A stretch of 39,742 nt of DNA from assembly GCA_031264395.1 (NCBI GenBank), contig JAISEB010000171.1, positions 1-39,742 of the forward strand, given 5' to 3'. Positions within the stretch are counted from its first letter, which is position 1, and each line of letters begins with the position of its first letter. The translations under genes were made by a program, and so were the position numbers. The DNA is from Treponema sp. (GTDB lineage Bacteria > Spirochaetota > Spirochaetia > Treponematales > Breznakiellaceae). The notes beneath the pieces are model-generated. The model was not told the DNA's origin. It was given only the letters and a program-made list of their open reading frames with translations, and did not search any database. Below, piece after piece: positions 26,444 to 35,111 of the stretch.

Positions 26444-28347
26444 TGGCTTTTATTTCCAGGGTGACCATACAGGAGGTAAACGACAGGCTCGACGCCCTGG
26501 CCGTGGTGGGCGACTATGTCCGCCTTGAAAAAAAAGGCGGCCGCTACTGGGGGCTCTGCCCCTTTCACAACGAAAAAACACCGTCTTTTACCGTGGACCC
26601 CGGCAGAAAAATGTACCACTGTTTTGGCTGCGGCCAGGGCGGGGGGATCATCACCTTCATCATGGAAATGGACAAACTCACCTTTCCCGAAGCGGTCGAA
26701 ACCCTGGCAAGGCGCTTCGGGATAGAGATTGTCTATGAACATGACGGGTACGAGGTTCCCGCCGGGGACGGCGGCAAAAAAAACGCGGAGGAGGCGGCAG
26801 AACTGTACCGCCGGGTAACGGTGAGCTTTCATCACATGCTCCTCGAAAGGCCCGAAGGAAAAAGGGCGCTGGACTATGTCGAGTCCCGTAAAATAAGCCG
26901 GGAAACCATGGACCGTTTCAGGCTTGGTTTTTCCCCCCCGGACCGTTACTGGCTCTTTCAGTTTCTTTCCAAAAAGGGGTATTCGGAGGAATTTTTGGCC
27001 GCGTCAGGACTTTTTTCCGAGCGTTACCCCCGGAGCAGCTTCTTTTCGGGGCGGCTCATGTTCCCAATAGTCGACAGGAACGGCAATACCGTCGCTTTTG
27101 GGGGCCGCGTCGTCCCTTCTCCCCCGGACGAACACTCGCCGTCCGGGGAAGGCGGCGCGCGGGAGGAACCAAAGTACATCAATTCACGGGAATCCCCCTG
27201 GTACAAAAAAAGGGAGACCCTTTTTGCCGTCGACCTCGCGATCCCTGAAATACGGAAAACAAAGGAGGCGTATCTCTGTGAAGGCTACATGGATGTTATC
27301 GCCCTTCACGAAGCGGGAATACGCAACGCCGTGGCCCCTCTGGGAACCGCGTTTACCGACGAACAGGCAAAACTCCTCCGCCGCTGGGCCGAAAGGCTCA
27401 ATCTGGTCTTCGACTCGGACGACGCGGGCCGGGCCGCCGCGGTAAAGGCCGTTCTGACGGCCAGGCGGAACGGCCTTCCCTGTTTTGTAGTTGCCCCCGG
27501 GGGCCGGGACGCGGGCCCGGCGGCTCCGAATGACACGGCGGGCCCAAAAGACCCGGCGGCTCCTAAAGACCCGGCGGATATTTTGCAACTTTTTGGGCCG
27601 CAGACATTGCAAAAAAGCATGAAATGTTTTATAAATGACCTTGAGTATCTTTTGGCGCGGGGCAGGAGTATCTTCGACGTGTCGAACCCGGAAGGCAAAG
27701 CCAGAGCCGTGGCTTTTCTTTTTCCCTATCTGGAGGCGCTGGATTCCGACGTGTCGCGGGACGACTGTTTTACCGCGGCGGCGGAGGCCTTTGGGGCCGA
27801 AAAGGCCGCGGTACAGAGGGATTACGAAAGGAGGCGTCTTGATACACCCCGGCGCGGGCAGGACGCCTCTCCGCGGGGAGAAGGGGGGGCTCAAAGCGAA
27901 AAGCCTGTCGTTATGAACGACGAGCTTTTTTTGCTTGCCGTTGTGGCTTTTAATTTTCACCGGTATCCGGAATTCCGCGCGGCCCTTTCCATCAAGGAAA
28001 TAGAAGATCCCGCCGCCAAGGAACTTTTTGTCGCCATGGAGGAGTGTTTTGTCAACGAGGAATCAGGCATTGATACGCTCCTTGCGCGAATATCTTCCGC
28101 CGTCCTTCGCAATTTCATTGCCGGAAAGGGCGTGTCGGGGGAATTTACCCTTAACCCCGAAAGACTCATATCCGACGGAATACGCCGCGTAAAGGCACGG
28201 CGGCTTCACCGCAGGCTGACCGAAATTGTCGCCGGAATAAGGAGGATGCGGCATGAGGAACGTGAAAGTCCCGGAAACAGGCTGGATGATCTGTTGGCCG
28301 AAAAAATGCAGATAGACAATGAATTACGGCAGTTGGAAGGAAAATAA
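26443..28347 (+). CDS. dnaG: DNA primase
   Basis: CHC2 zinc finger (CPFHNEKTPSFTV..YHCFGCGQGG), the RNA-polymerase core, and TOPRIM (CEGYMDVIAL..VFDSDDAG). The GTG start overlaps the mltG TAG by 1 nt. Confidence 0.95.
   Translation: MAFISRVTIQEVNDRLDALAVVGDYVRLEKKGGRYWGLCPFHNEKTPSFTVDPGRKMYHCFGCGQGGGIITFIMEMDKLTFPEAVETLARRFGIEIVYEHDGYEVPAGDGGKKNAEEAAELYRRVTVSFHHMLLERPEGKRALDYVESRKISRETMDRFRLGFSPPDRYWLFQFLSKKGYSEEFLAASGLFSERYPRSSFFSGRLMFPIVDRNGNTVAFGGRVVPSPPDEHSPSGEGGAREEPKYINSRESPWYKKRETLFAVDLAIPEIRKTKEAYLCEGYMDVIALHEAGIRNAVAPLGTAFTDEQAKLLRRWAERLNLVFDSDDAGRAAAVKAVLTARRNGLPCFVVAPGGRDAGPAAPNDTAGPKDPAAPKDPADILQLFGPQTLQKSMKCFINDLEYLLARGRSIFDVSNPEGKARAVAFLFPYLEALDSDVSRDDCFTAAAEAFGAEKAAVQRDYERRRLDTPRRGQDASPRGEGGAQSEKPVVMNDELFLLAVVAFNFHRYPEFRAALSIKEIEDPAAKELFVAMEECFVNEESGIDTLLARISSAVLRNFIAGKGVSGEFTLNPERLISDGIRRVKARRLHRRLTEIVAGIRRMRHEERESPGNRLDDLLAEKMQIDNELRQLEGK
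27547..27577 (+). repeat. 13-nt unit duplicated at 18-nt spacing in the DnaG low-complexity linker (PKDPAA PKDPAD)
   Basis: aaagacccggcgg occurs at 27547-27559 and again at 27565-27577, read directly from the sequence. Confidence 0.8.
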
Positions 28348-28350
28348 CGA

Positions 28351-30105
28351 ATGACGGATTTACGAACATCCGGCGTGGCGCTTGATCCCGCCGTAATAAA
28401 GCTGATTGAATACGCGAAGGAAAAGAAAACCCTCTCGTACGAGGAACTTTCAGACTACCTTCCCGAACACATCGCCAATTCGGACAAAATCGAGGAAGTT
28501 CTGGCGCTGCTGGAGGCGAACAACGTCCAGCTTACCGAGGAAGAAGGGGCGGGCGACGAGGAAGGAGAAGGCGGAAACAGAAAGAACCCGGAGAACGGGA
28601 AAAAGCGGCTCGTATACAGCGAAAAAGAATCGTCGGTAGACGATCCCATACGGCTTTACCTCAGGGAAATAGGCCGGGAAAGCCTTCTTACGGCGGAACA
28701 GGAAATAGAGCTTTCCAGGCAGATGGAAGAAGGCGAAAACATCATCAAGGGTGTAATAAAAAAATCGGGAATGATAATCCCCGAATTTTATCACATTGCC
28801 CAGAAGGCCTTTTCCAAGCGGGATTTGCGGGAACTTAACCTGTCCAAAAAAGAGATCACCGAACACATGACGGAGCGGCGGCGGCTCAACCAGTTTTACA
28901 AGGAAACCCTCCGCGTAATCCTCGGGGATCTCAAAAACTACATCGAGATAAAACGCCGCCTTATAAGCCGGGGCGGCGATTTCCTTGAAGACGGGGAATT
29001 GTGCGAAATACGCGGCCGCGTCATGGAAGTAATACTGGGCGCCGAAATACATCCCGATGAAATCGCCGGTTTTTCCGACAAATTCATTCAGGCTTCCAAA
29101 AAAATAAAGCGTTACAAAAAGGAACAGGAACGGATAGAAAAACATCTGCGGGTAGGTTCCCTCAAGGAACTGCGCATTCTGGGCCGCGGGCTTACCATCA
29201 AAGAGGAGCGGGAGCGGCTGGAAGAAGAACTTGGGCTTGGTTCCGACGAAATAAAAGAGAAGATACGCCTCATACAGGTAACGGAAAAGAAGCTCAGGCA
29301 GATGGAGGCTGAATTCGAGGAATCAATCGAAAGCATCAACCAGATGGCCAGGGAAATAAACCACGGGCAGGTGATGATGCGCAACGCCAAGGACAGGCTC
29401 ATCAAGGCGAATCTGCGCCTCGTGGTTTCCATCGCCAAGAAATATACCAACCGGGGGCTTCACTTCTTCGATCTGGTGCAGGAAGGCAACATAGGGCTCA
29501 TCAAGGCCGTGGAAAAATTTGAATATCAGAAGGGTTTCAAATTTTCCACCTATGCCACCTGGTGGATCAGGCAGGCCATTACCCGTTCCATTTCCGATCA
29601 GGCCAGAACCATACGGGTGCCCGTGCACATGATAGAGCAGATCAACAAGGTGGTGCGGGAATCAAGGCAGCTCATGCAGTCCCTGGGAAGGGAACCTTCC
29701 GACGAGGAAATAGCCGAAAGGCTCGGCTGGACCGCCCAGCGGGTAAAGTCGGTTAAAAACGTGGCCCGCGAACCCATATCCCTTGAAACGCCCATAGGGG
29801 AAGAGGAAGATTCTCTTTTGGGCGATTTCATCGAGGACAAGGACGTGGAAAACCCGGCGAACCAGACTGCCTTTACCCTGCTTCAGGAGCAGCTTACGGG
29901 CGTGCTTGCCACGCTGCCCACGCGGGAGCAGGAAGTGCTCAAGATGCGCTTCGGGCTGGACGACGGTTATTCTCTTACGCTGGAAGAAGTCGGGCTTTGT
30001 TTCAACGTTACCCGCGAAAGAATACGGCAGATAGAGGCCAAGGCGCTTCGCCGCCTGCGGCATCCCAAGCGGAGCCGCCGCCTGAAAGATTATCTGGATC
30101 ATTAA
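28351..30105 (+). CDS. rpoD: Primary RNA polymerase sigma factor (sigma-70)
   Basis: Region 2 [39 protein letters not shown], plus regions 3 and 4 ([31 protein letters not shown]). 584 aa, with the acidic N-terminal region 1. Confidence 0.95.
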   Translation: MTDLRTSGVALDPAVIKLIEYAKEKKTLSYEELSDYLPEHIANSDKIEEVLALLEANNVQLTEEEGAGDEEGEGGNRKNPENGKKRLVYSEKESSVDDPIRLYLREIGRESLLTAEQEIELSRQMEEGENIIKGVIKKSGMIIPEFYHIAQKAFSKRDLRELNLSKKEITEHMTERRRLNQFYKETLRVILGDLKNYIEIKRRLISRGGDFLEDGELCEIRGRVMEVILGAEIHPDEIAGFSDKFIQASKKIKRYKKEQERIEKHLRVGSLKELRILGRGLTIKEERERLEEELGLGSDEIKEKIRLIQVTEKKLRQMEAEFEESIESINQMAREINHGQVMMRNAKDRLIKANLRLVVSIAKKYTNRGLHFFDLVQEGNIGLIKAVEKFEYQKGFKFSTYATWWIRQAITRSISDQARTIRVPVHMIEQINKVVRESRQLMQSLGREPSDEEIAERLGWTAQRVKSVKNVAREPISLETPIGEEEDSLLGDFIEDKDVENPANQTAFTLLQEQLTGVLATLPTREQEVLKMRFGLDDGYSLTLEEVGLCFNVTRERIRQIEAKALRRLRHPKRSRRLKDYLDH

Positions 30106-30109
30106 AAGC

Positions 30110-30126
30110 ACGGGCCCCGGGCCCGT
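30110..30126 (+). other. GC-rich intercistronic hairpin (ACGGGCC-CCG-GGCCCGT) between rpoD and the zinc-ribbon gene
   Basis: Perfect 7-bp stem 5 nt after the rpoD stop. There is no U-tract, and the AGGAG SD of the next gene follows. It is more likely a processing or stability element than a terminator. Confidence 0.3.
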
Positions 30127-30138
30127 ACAGGAGTACAC

Positions 30139-30981
30139 ATGGCAATGGATGAGGTTTTCGCCAAACTGCGCACGCTGCAGGATATTTTATCCGGAAAATT
30201 CAAGCTGGAACAGGAAATAGAAGAGATCCCAAAGGATCTTCTTACCCAGGAAGAACTCCTTACAAGGCTGAAAAAAACGTTTATCGAAAAAAACCAGGAA
30301 TACGAGCGCGCCAGGGTCGCGGAAAGTGAATTCAGGAACCTCCTTGTGGAAGCCGAAAGCGCCCGCGAGAAGGCCGAAAAAAACATGGACGTCATAAGCA
30401 CCCAGCGGGAATACGAGGCGCTGGACAAGGAAATACGCGACGCTTCGGAAAAAGAACAGCAGTACCGCAAGGAACTCCAGCGCGAAGAGCGCGTCATCTC
30501 GGAGCTTGACGAGCAGATAAAGCAGAATACGGCCCTCATTGAACAGCAGGAGGCGGAACTGGAGCAGCGCCGCAGGGGAATAGAAGCCCTCATAGCCGAA
30601 AAAAAGCAGAAAACCGAAGAACTTGGGGAGGAAGAAAAAAACCTGACCCCGGATCTCGATCCCGAAGTGCTCTTTAAATTCGAGCGGATCATCAAGAACA
30701 AGGGCGGAAAGGGAATCGTCGCCATCAGAAGCGGCGTCTGCATGGGCTGTCACATGATACTTCCCGTCCAGTTCGCCAACGATGTCCGCACGGGCGAGGA
30801 AATAGTCTTCTGCCCCTATTGTTCCCGTATCCTGTTTTATGAGGAATCGGAAGAGGGCGAGGAAGATTTCTTTAACGCCGAGGATGCCGGAAGCCTTTCC
30901 GATCTTGACGACATGGAAGACGAAGAATACGATGATGACGAAGAAGAAGAGGAAAAAGCCGACGCCGATTACGAGGAATAG
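30139..30981 (+). CDS. COG1579/DUF164-type coiled-coil protein with a C4 zinc ribbon and a poly-acidic C-terminal tail
   Basis: A long coiled coil is followed by CMGCHMILPVQ..VFCPYCSRILF (CxxC..CxxC). The tail is EESEEGEEDFF..DDMEDEEYDDDEEEEEKADADYEE. Confidence 0.75.
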   Translation: MAMDEVFAKLRTLQDILSGKFKLEQEIEEIPKDLLTQEELLTRLKKTFIEKNQEYERARVAESEFRNLLVEAESAREKAEKNMDVISTQREYEALDKEIRDASEKEQQYRKELQREERVISELDEQIKQNTALIEQQEAELEQRRRGIEALIAEKKQKTEELGEEEKNLTPDLDPEVLFKFERIIKNKGGKGIVAIRSGVCMGCHMILPVQFANDVRTGEEIVFCPYCSRILFYEESEEGEEDFFNAEDAGSLSDLDDMEDEEYDDDEEEEEKADADYEE

Positions 30982-30998
30982 GGAGGCGAAAAACAGAG

Positions 30999-31026
30999 TT
31001 GTTCAATAACCTTGGTAATTGAACAA
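30999..31026 (+). terminator. AT-rich hairpin TTGTTCAAT-N10-ATTGAACAA followed by TTTCC
   Basis: Perfect 9-bp inverted repeat 18 nt after the zinc-ribbon stop. It overlaps the putative rnpB -35 element, so it could instead be an operator. Confidence 0.3.
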
Positions 31027-31041
31027 TTTCCACTGTAATAA
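31012..31041 (+). promoter_or_regulatory. Putative sigma-70 promoter of rnpB (TTGGTA, 18-nt spacer, TAATAA)
   Basis: The -10-like hexamer ends 4-6 nt before the predicted 5' end of the P1 helix at about 31046. Confidence 0.3.
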
Positions 31042-31045
31042 TTGG

Positions 31046-31612
31046 GCGATGAACCTGACCGCCGCGCTATGTAAACAACGCTGTTTATGTATCGAGGAAA
31101 GTCCGGGCTCCGCAGGGTATGATGCCGGGTAACGCCCGGGCGGGAAGCCGGTGGCGGGGGAGCGATCCCCCGGCGCCCGGTTTGCCGACAGAAAGCGCAA
31201 CAGAAAGTATACCGCCGAAAGGACGCCGTTCCGGCGTCCCCGGGGGACTTCAGGTCTTCCGGAAAGGCGTAAAGAGACGGGCCCGAAAGGGCCGGGTTTT
31301 TTACGCCCGGTAAGGGTGAAACGGCGGGGCAAGAGCCCGCCTCGGCCGCGGTAACGCGGCCGGAACGGCAAGCCTCATCAGGAGCAAAGTCAAGCGGCGT
31401 GCGAAGGGGAAACCCGTTCGCGGGTAAAGGGCGGGGCCTTAAGGTCCCGGTTCTTCACCACGGAACTGCCCGTTCCGGTTAAACGCGGGTAGACTGCTGT
31501 TGACGCCGCCGGTGACGGCGGCGCGAGACAGATGGCGGTTTTTCCCTGTTCTCCAGGAAACAGCCGTTTTCGGGAAGCGGGGAACTACAGAACCCGGCTT
31601 ACGGTTCATCGC
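31046..31612 (+). ncRNA. rnpB: RNase P RNA, bacterial type A, unusually long (~567 nt)
   Basis: Universal P4 strand GAGGAAAGTCCGGGCTCC at about 31093-31110. Also GGTAAGGGTGAAACGGCGGGGCAAGAGCCCGCC, CAGGAGCAAAGTCAAGCGG, CGGGTAGACTGCTG and ACAGAACCCGGCTTA. 5' GCGATGAACC (31046-55) pairs with 3' GGTTCATCGC (31603-12) to form P1, followed by a T-run. Confidence 0.92.
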
Positions 31613-31655
31613 TTTTTTTATTTTCATGTGAACGCGCCGGCGTTGTTAAACACAA

Positions 31656-31685
31656 TTGACTTTATGTAATAAAACGTGCTATATA
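31656..31685 (+). promoter_or_regulatory. Near-consensus extended -10 sigma-70 promoter (TTGACT, N15, TGcTATATA) directly abutting the ATG at 31693
   Basis: TTGACT lies at 31656-61, TG at 31677-78 and TATATA at 31680-85. The ATG begins 8 nt after the -10 element, and no SD is present. Confidence 0.4.
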
Positions 31686-31692
31686 TATATGG

Positions 31693-32631
31693 ATGTTTGA
31701 CAGTAAAAAAAGATCCGGTTATGGAACTCGCGTTCATCGTAAAAAAAATTTTTATGCCGCCGCTATAATCATCCTGTTTTCAGCCGCCGTTCTTGTTCTC
31801 TCCGCGTTTTTTTTCGACGTAAAAAACAGGCGGGGAAACGACAGAAAGGAACTGCTTTCCCTCTGGGAAGACGGGCGTTACCGGGAAGCCTATGAATTGA
31901 GCGGGGCGGAACTTCAAAGAAAGCCGCTGGATTTTTTTCTGCTGACCCTGCGCGGTTTTTCGGCCTACCAAATCGGCATTTCCCAGATTAACGCCTTTGA
32001 CACGCTCTCTTACATCGACGATTGCGTTCTTGCCCTGCGAAAGGCCCTTCTTCTCGATAATGCCGCGGGCAGGGAACGTATCTATTATATTTTGGGAAAG
32101 GCGTATTATATTAAGGGGCAGGGATACGCGGATCTCGCGGTAAAATACCTTGAAATGGCCAGAAATTCGGGCTATGAGGCGGGGGACATACCCAAGTACC
32201 TCGGGCTCGCCTATGTGGCGGTGAGGGATTACCGGGCCAGCGTGGCGGTTTTTACCCTTGCCCTGGAAGCCGGTTCGGTTTCCGATGAACTGCTTCTTTC
32301 CATAGCCAAATCCTACATGGCAATGGAAGAACCCGATGCCGCAAGGGCCTATTTGATGCGCTGCGTTGAAACTTCGCGGGATTCGGTCGCCCGTGTTACG
32401 GCGCGCCTTCACCTGGGTGAAATTCTGGGAGAAGAAGGGGACAGCGAAGGGGCCGAAGCCCAATACGCCGCCGTGCTGGAAGAAGCGGGTGAAAACGCCG
32501 AGGCGCATTTCCGGCTTGGGGAGCTGTACCAGGCCAGGGGAGACACCACAAGGGCGCGGTGGGAATGGCGGCGGGCGTTATGGGCCAATCCCGTCCACGA
32601 GGGAGCCCGCAGGCGGCTTAACATTTTGTAA
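31693..32631 (+). CDS. Membrane-anchored TPR repeat protein
   Basis: N-terminal TM segment [25 protein letters not shown] units include [54 protein letters not shown] and others. Confidence 0.7.
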   Translation: MFDSKKRSGYGTRVHRKKNFYAAAIIILFSAAVLVLSAFFFDVKNRRGNDRKELLSLWEDGRYREAYELSGAELQRKPLDFFLLTLRGFSAYQIGISQINAFDTLSYIDDCVLALRKALLLDNAAGRERIYYILGKAYYIKGQGYADLAVKYLEMARNSGYEAGDIPKYLGLAYVAVRDYRASVAVFTLALEAGSVSDELLLSIAKSYMAMEEPDAARAYLMRCVETSRDSVARVTARLHLGEILGEEGDSEGAEAQYAAVLEEAGENAEAHFRLGELYQARGDTTRARWEWRRALWANPVHEGARRRLNIL

Positions 32632-32650
32632 TCAGGACACGGGAGGGAAT

Positions 32651-33679
32651 ATGTTCGGAAGGAATTCGTCGGATCTTGGCATTGATTTGGGAACCTGCAA
32701 TACGCTTATCTACATACGGGGAAAGGGCATTGTGCTGAACGAGCCTTCGGTGGTGGCCGTTGAACGGGGCACCAAAAAGGTAATGGCAGTCGGGGTGGAG
32801 GCCAAGCGCATGCTCTGGAAAACCCCGGAGAACATCATCGCCATAAGGCCCATGCAGGACGGGGTTATCGCCGATCTCGAATCCACCGAAAAGATGATAC
32901 GTTACTTTATTTCCAAAGTGCTGCCCCGTTACCGTTTCGTCAAACCCCGCATGGTCATTGGCATTCCCTCCTGCATTACCGAGGTGGAACGCCGGGCGGT
33001 GGAAGAATGCGCCTATAAAGGAGGCGCCAGGGAGGTTGTCGTCATCGAGGAAAGCCGGGCCGCGGCCATAGGCGCCGATATTCCCATCTGGGAGCCCGCC
33101 GGCCACATGATCTGCGACATAGGGGGGGGCACTACGGAAATTTCGGTCATTTCCCTTGGCGGCATGGTAGTTACCAACGCCATACGCCTTGGGGGCGATG
33201 AATTTGACGAGGCCATCATCAAGTATGTGCGCAACGCCCACAACCTTATCATAGGAGAGCAGACCGCCGAACGCCTGAAGATCGAAATAGGCAACGCGTC
33301 GCCGGACAAGACCATAGAAAAGGTTGAAATAAAGGGAACCGACGCCATAACGGGGCTTCCCAGGCGGCTTGAAATAGATTCCGTTGAAGTCCGGGAGGCC
33401 CTGAAAGATCCCATCACCCAGATTATTGACGAAATAAAGGCGACGCTGGGGCAGACCCCGCCTGAACTGGCGGCGGATATTGTGGAACGGGGCATTGTCA
33501 TGACAGGCGGCGGCTCGCTGCTCAAGGGCCTTGGCAAACTCATCTCGAATGAAACGGGAGTTCCGGTGATTCTTGCCGAAAGGCCGCTTGACTGCGTCGC
33601 GCTGGGAGCGGGAAAGTATTTTGAATACACCAGGGGCCTTGACAATTCCAAAAGCATTTATGACAGCCTGAACGGTTAG
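32651..33679 (+). CDS. mreB: Rod-shape-determining actin homologue MreB
   Basis: [51 protein letters not shown] 32651 is preceded by GGGAGGGA. The ORF-track extension to 32366 overlaps the TPR gene. Confidence 0.95.
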   Translation: MFGRNSSDLGIDLGTCNTLIYIRGKGIVLNEPSVVAVERGTKKVMAVGVEAKRMLWKTPENIIAIRPMQDGVIADLESTEKMIRYFISKVLPRYRFVKPRMVIGIPSCITEVERRAVEECAYKGGAREVVVIEESRAAAIGADIPIWEPAGHMICDIGGGTTEISVISLGGMVVTNAIRLGGDEFDEAIIKYVRNAHNLIIGEQTAERLKIEIGNASPDKTIEKVEIKGTDAITGLPRRLEIDSVEVREALKDPITQIIDEIKATLGQTPPELAADIVERGIVMTGGGSLLKGLGKLISNETGVPVILAERPLDCVALGAGKYFEYTRGLDNSKSIYDSLNG

Positions 33680-33682
33680 GGT

Positions 33683-34603
33683 ATGGTGACAGGGAAGGGC
33701 AGAAACCCCCGGGGCCGGATTAATCCTTCTTCCTACGTATTTGCCGCGCTTATGCTTGTTTCTTTTGCCGCGCTTTTCTTTTCGACCCGCAGTTTTATCG
33801 CGGACTTCAAGAACATGGGCCTTTCCCTTTTTTCGGGCGTGCGGGGAAGCGTCAACGAGGTATCATCGCTGGTCTCCCGCACGGCGCTTTCCGTCCGTGA
33901 ACTTGCCAGTCTCCGCGAGGAATACGCGGAGCTTTCCGCCCGCGTTACCCGGTACGAGCAGCTCGAACGGAGCGCCGCCGAAATAGGGCAAGAGAACATG
34001 CGCCTGCGGGAACAGCTCGGTTTTTCCCGTACCCTGCGTTACCGCCACATACCCGCGGAACTCATAGGCCGTGATCCGGACAATCTTTTTTCGGCCTTTG
34101 TGATAAACAGGGGGAAGAAAGACGGCGTCGCCTACAACATGCCTGTCATTGCCTTTCAGAACGGGACACAGGCGCTGGCGGGCAAGGTGGTCCAGGCGGG
34201 CCGCTCGGAAAGTCTTGTCATGCCCCTTTACGACCTGAGTTCCTCGGTTCCCGCGCGGCTTTCCGTATCGCGGTTTGAGGGACTTGCCGAAGGGCAGGGA
34301 GCCCCCGGCGTTCCCCTGCTCATGCGGCTTATCAACAAGCGCGCCCGGGAAGAGATCAGTTACGGCGACATGGTCGTTTCAAGCGGGACGGGAAGGGTGT
34401 ATCCATCGGGGATCAACATAGGCCGGGTAAGCAGGATCATCTACCACGAAGACGACATTTCCATGGAAGCCGAACTGGAACCCGTGGTGGATTTTTCCAG
34501 GCTTGAGTATGTCTTTGTCATCGAGGCCCTTGAATCTTCCCGTGAGGAAAATTCAAGGGGAGAAGACGGCGCGCCTGACGCCGGGGAGGGAGCCGGTGAT
34601 TAG
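33683..34603 (+). CDS. mreC: Rod-shape-determining protein MreC
   Basis: TM segment, a coiled coil (LREEYAELSARVTRYEQLE..ENMRLREQL), and the beta-domain with VVSSGTGRVYPSGINIGRVSRI. It sits between mreB and mreD. Confidence 0.85.
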   Translation: MVTGKGRNPRGRINPSSYVFAALMLVSFAALFFSTRSFIADFKNMGLSLFSGVRGSVNEVSSLVSRTALSVRELASLREEYAELSARVTRYEQLERSAAEIGQENMRLREQLGFSRTLRYRHIPAELIGRDPDNLFSAFVINRGKKDGVAYNMPVIAFQNGTQALAGKVVQAGRSESLVMPLYDLSSSVPARLSVSRFEGLAEGQGAPGVPLLMRLINKRAREEISYGDMVVSSGTGRVYPSGINIGRVSRIIYHEDDISMEAELEPVVDFSRLEYVFVIEALESSREENSRGEDGAPDAGEGAGD

Positions 34604-35111
34604 AAACGTTATATGGACGGTGATCTTTTCCTTTGTGGCCGCCGTACTCCAGTCGACCCTGCTCCGTCATCTTGCCCTTTTCCGGGTTGTCCCCGATCTT
34701 GCCCTGTGCGTCGTCGTCTACTCCGCCTATGTCAACGGCGCCATGACGGGCCAGCTTTCAGGCTTCTTTTCGGGCATACTCATCGATTTTATTTCGGCCT
34801 CTCCTCTGGGGCTCAATTCCCTGATACGCACGCTTGCGGGCGCCCTTGCCGGGCTCATGAAGGGAACCTTTTTCCTTGGCGCCGTTTTTCTTCCCATGAT
34901 CCTCTGCGCGGCGGCCACCGTCCTCAAGGCCGCCGTCCTCTTTGTCCTCCACCTGTTTTTCGCGGACGCGGTTCCCGTGTACCCCCTTGCTTCCCCGATC
35001 CTGTGGACAGAACTCTTCCTCAACGCCCTTCTGGCGCCTTTTCTCTTTTTTCTCCTGAAACGTTTTACGCCCCTCCTTTCGGGGCGGAGGATTTACAATG
35101 CCGCCCCTTAA
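34596..35111 (+). CDS. mreD: Rod-shape-determining protein MreD
   Basis: Small polytopic hydrophobic protein at the canonical position. GTG 34596 is preceded by GGGGAGGGA and overlaps mreC by 8 nt. The ORF-track start at 34503 lies inside mreC. Confidence 0.7.
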   Translation: MIRNVIWTVIFSFVAAVLQSTLLRHLALFRVVPDLALCVVVYSAYVNGAMTGQLSGFFSGILIDFISASPLGLNSLIRTLAGALAGLMKGTFFLGAVFLPMILCAAATVLKAAVLFVLHLFFADAVPVYPLASPILWTELFLNALLAPFLFFLLKRFTPLLSGRRIYNAAP

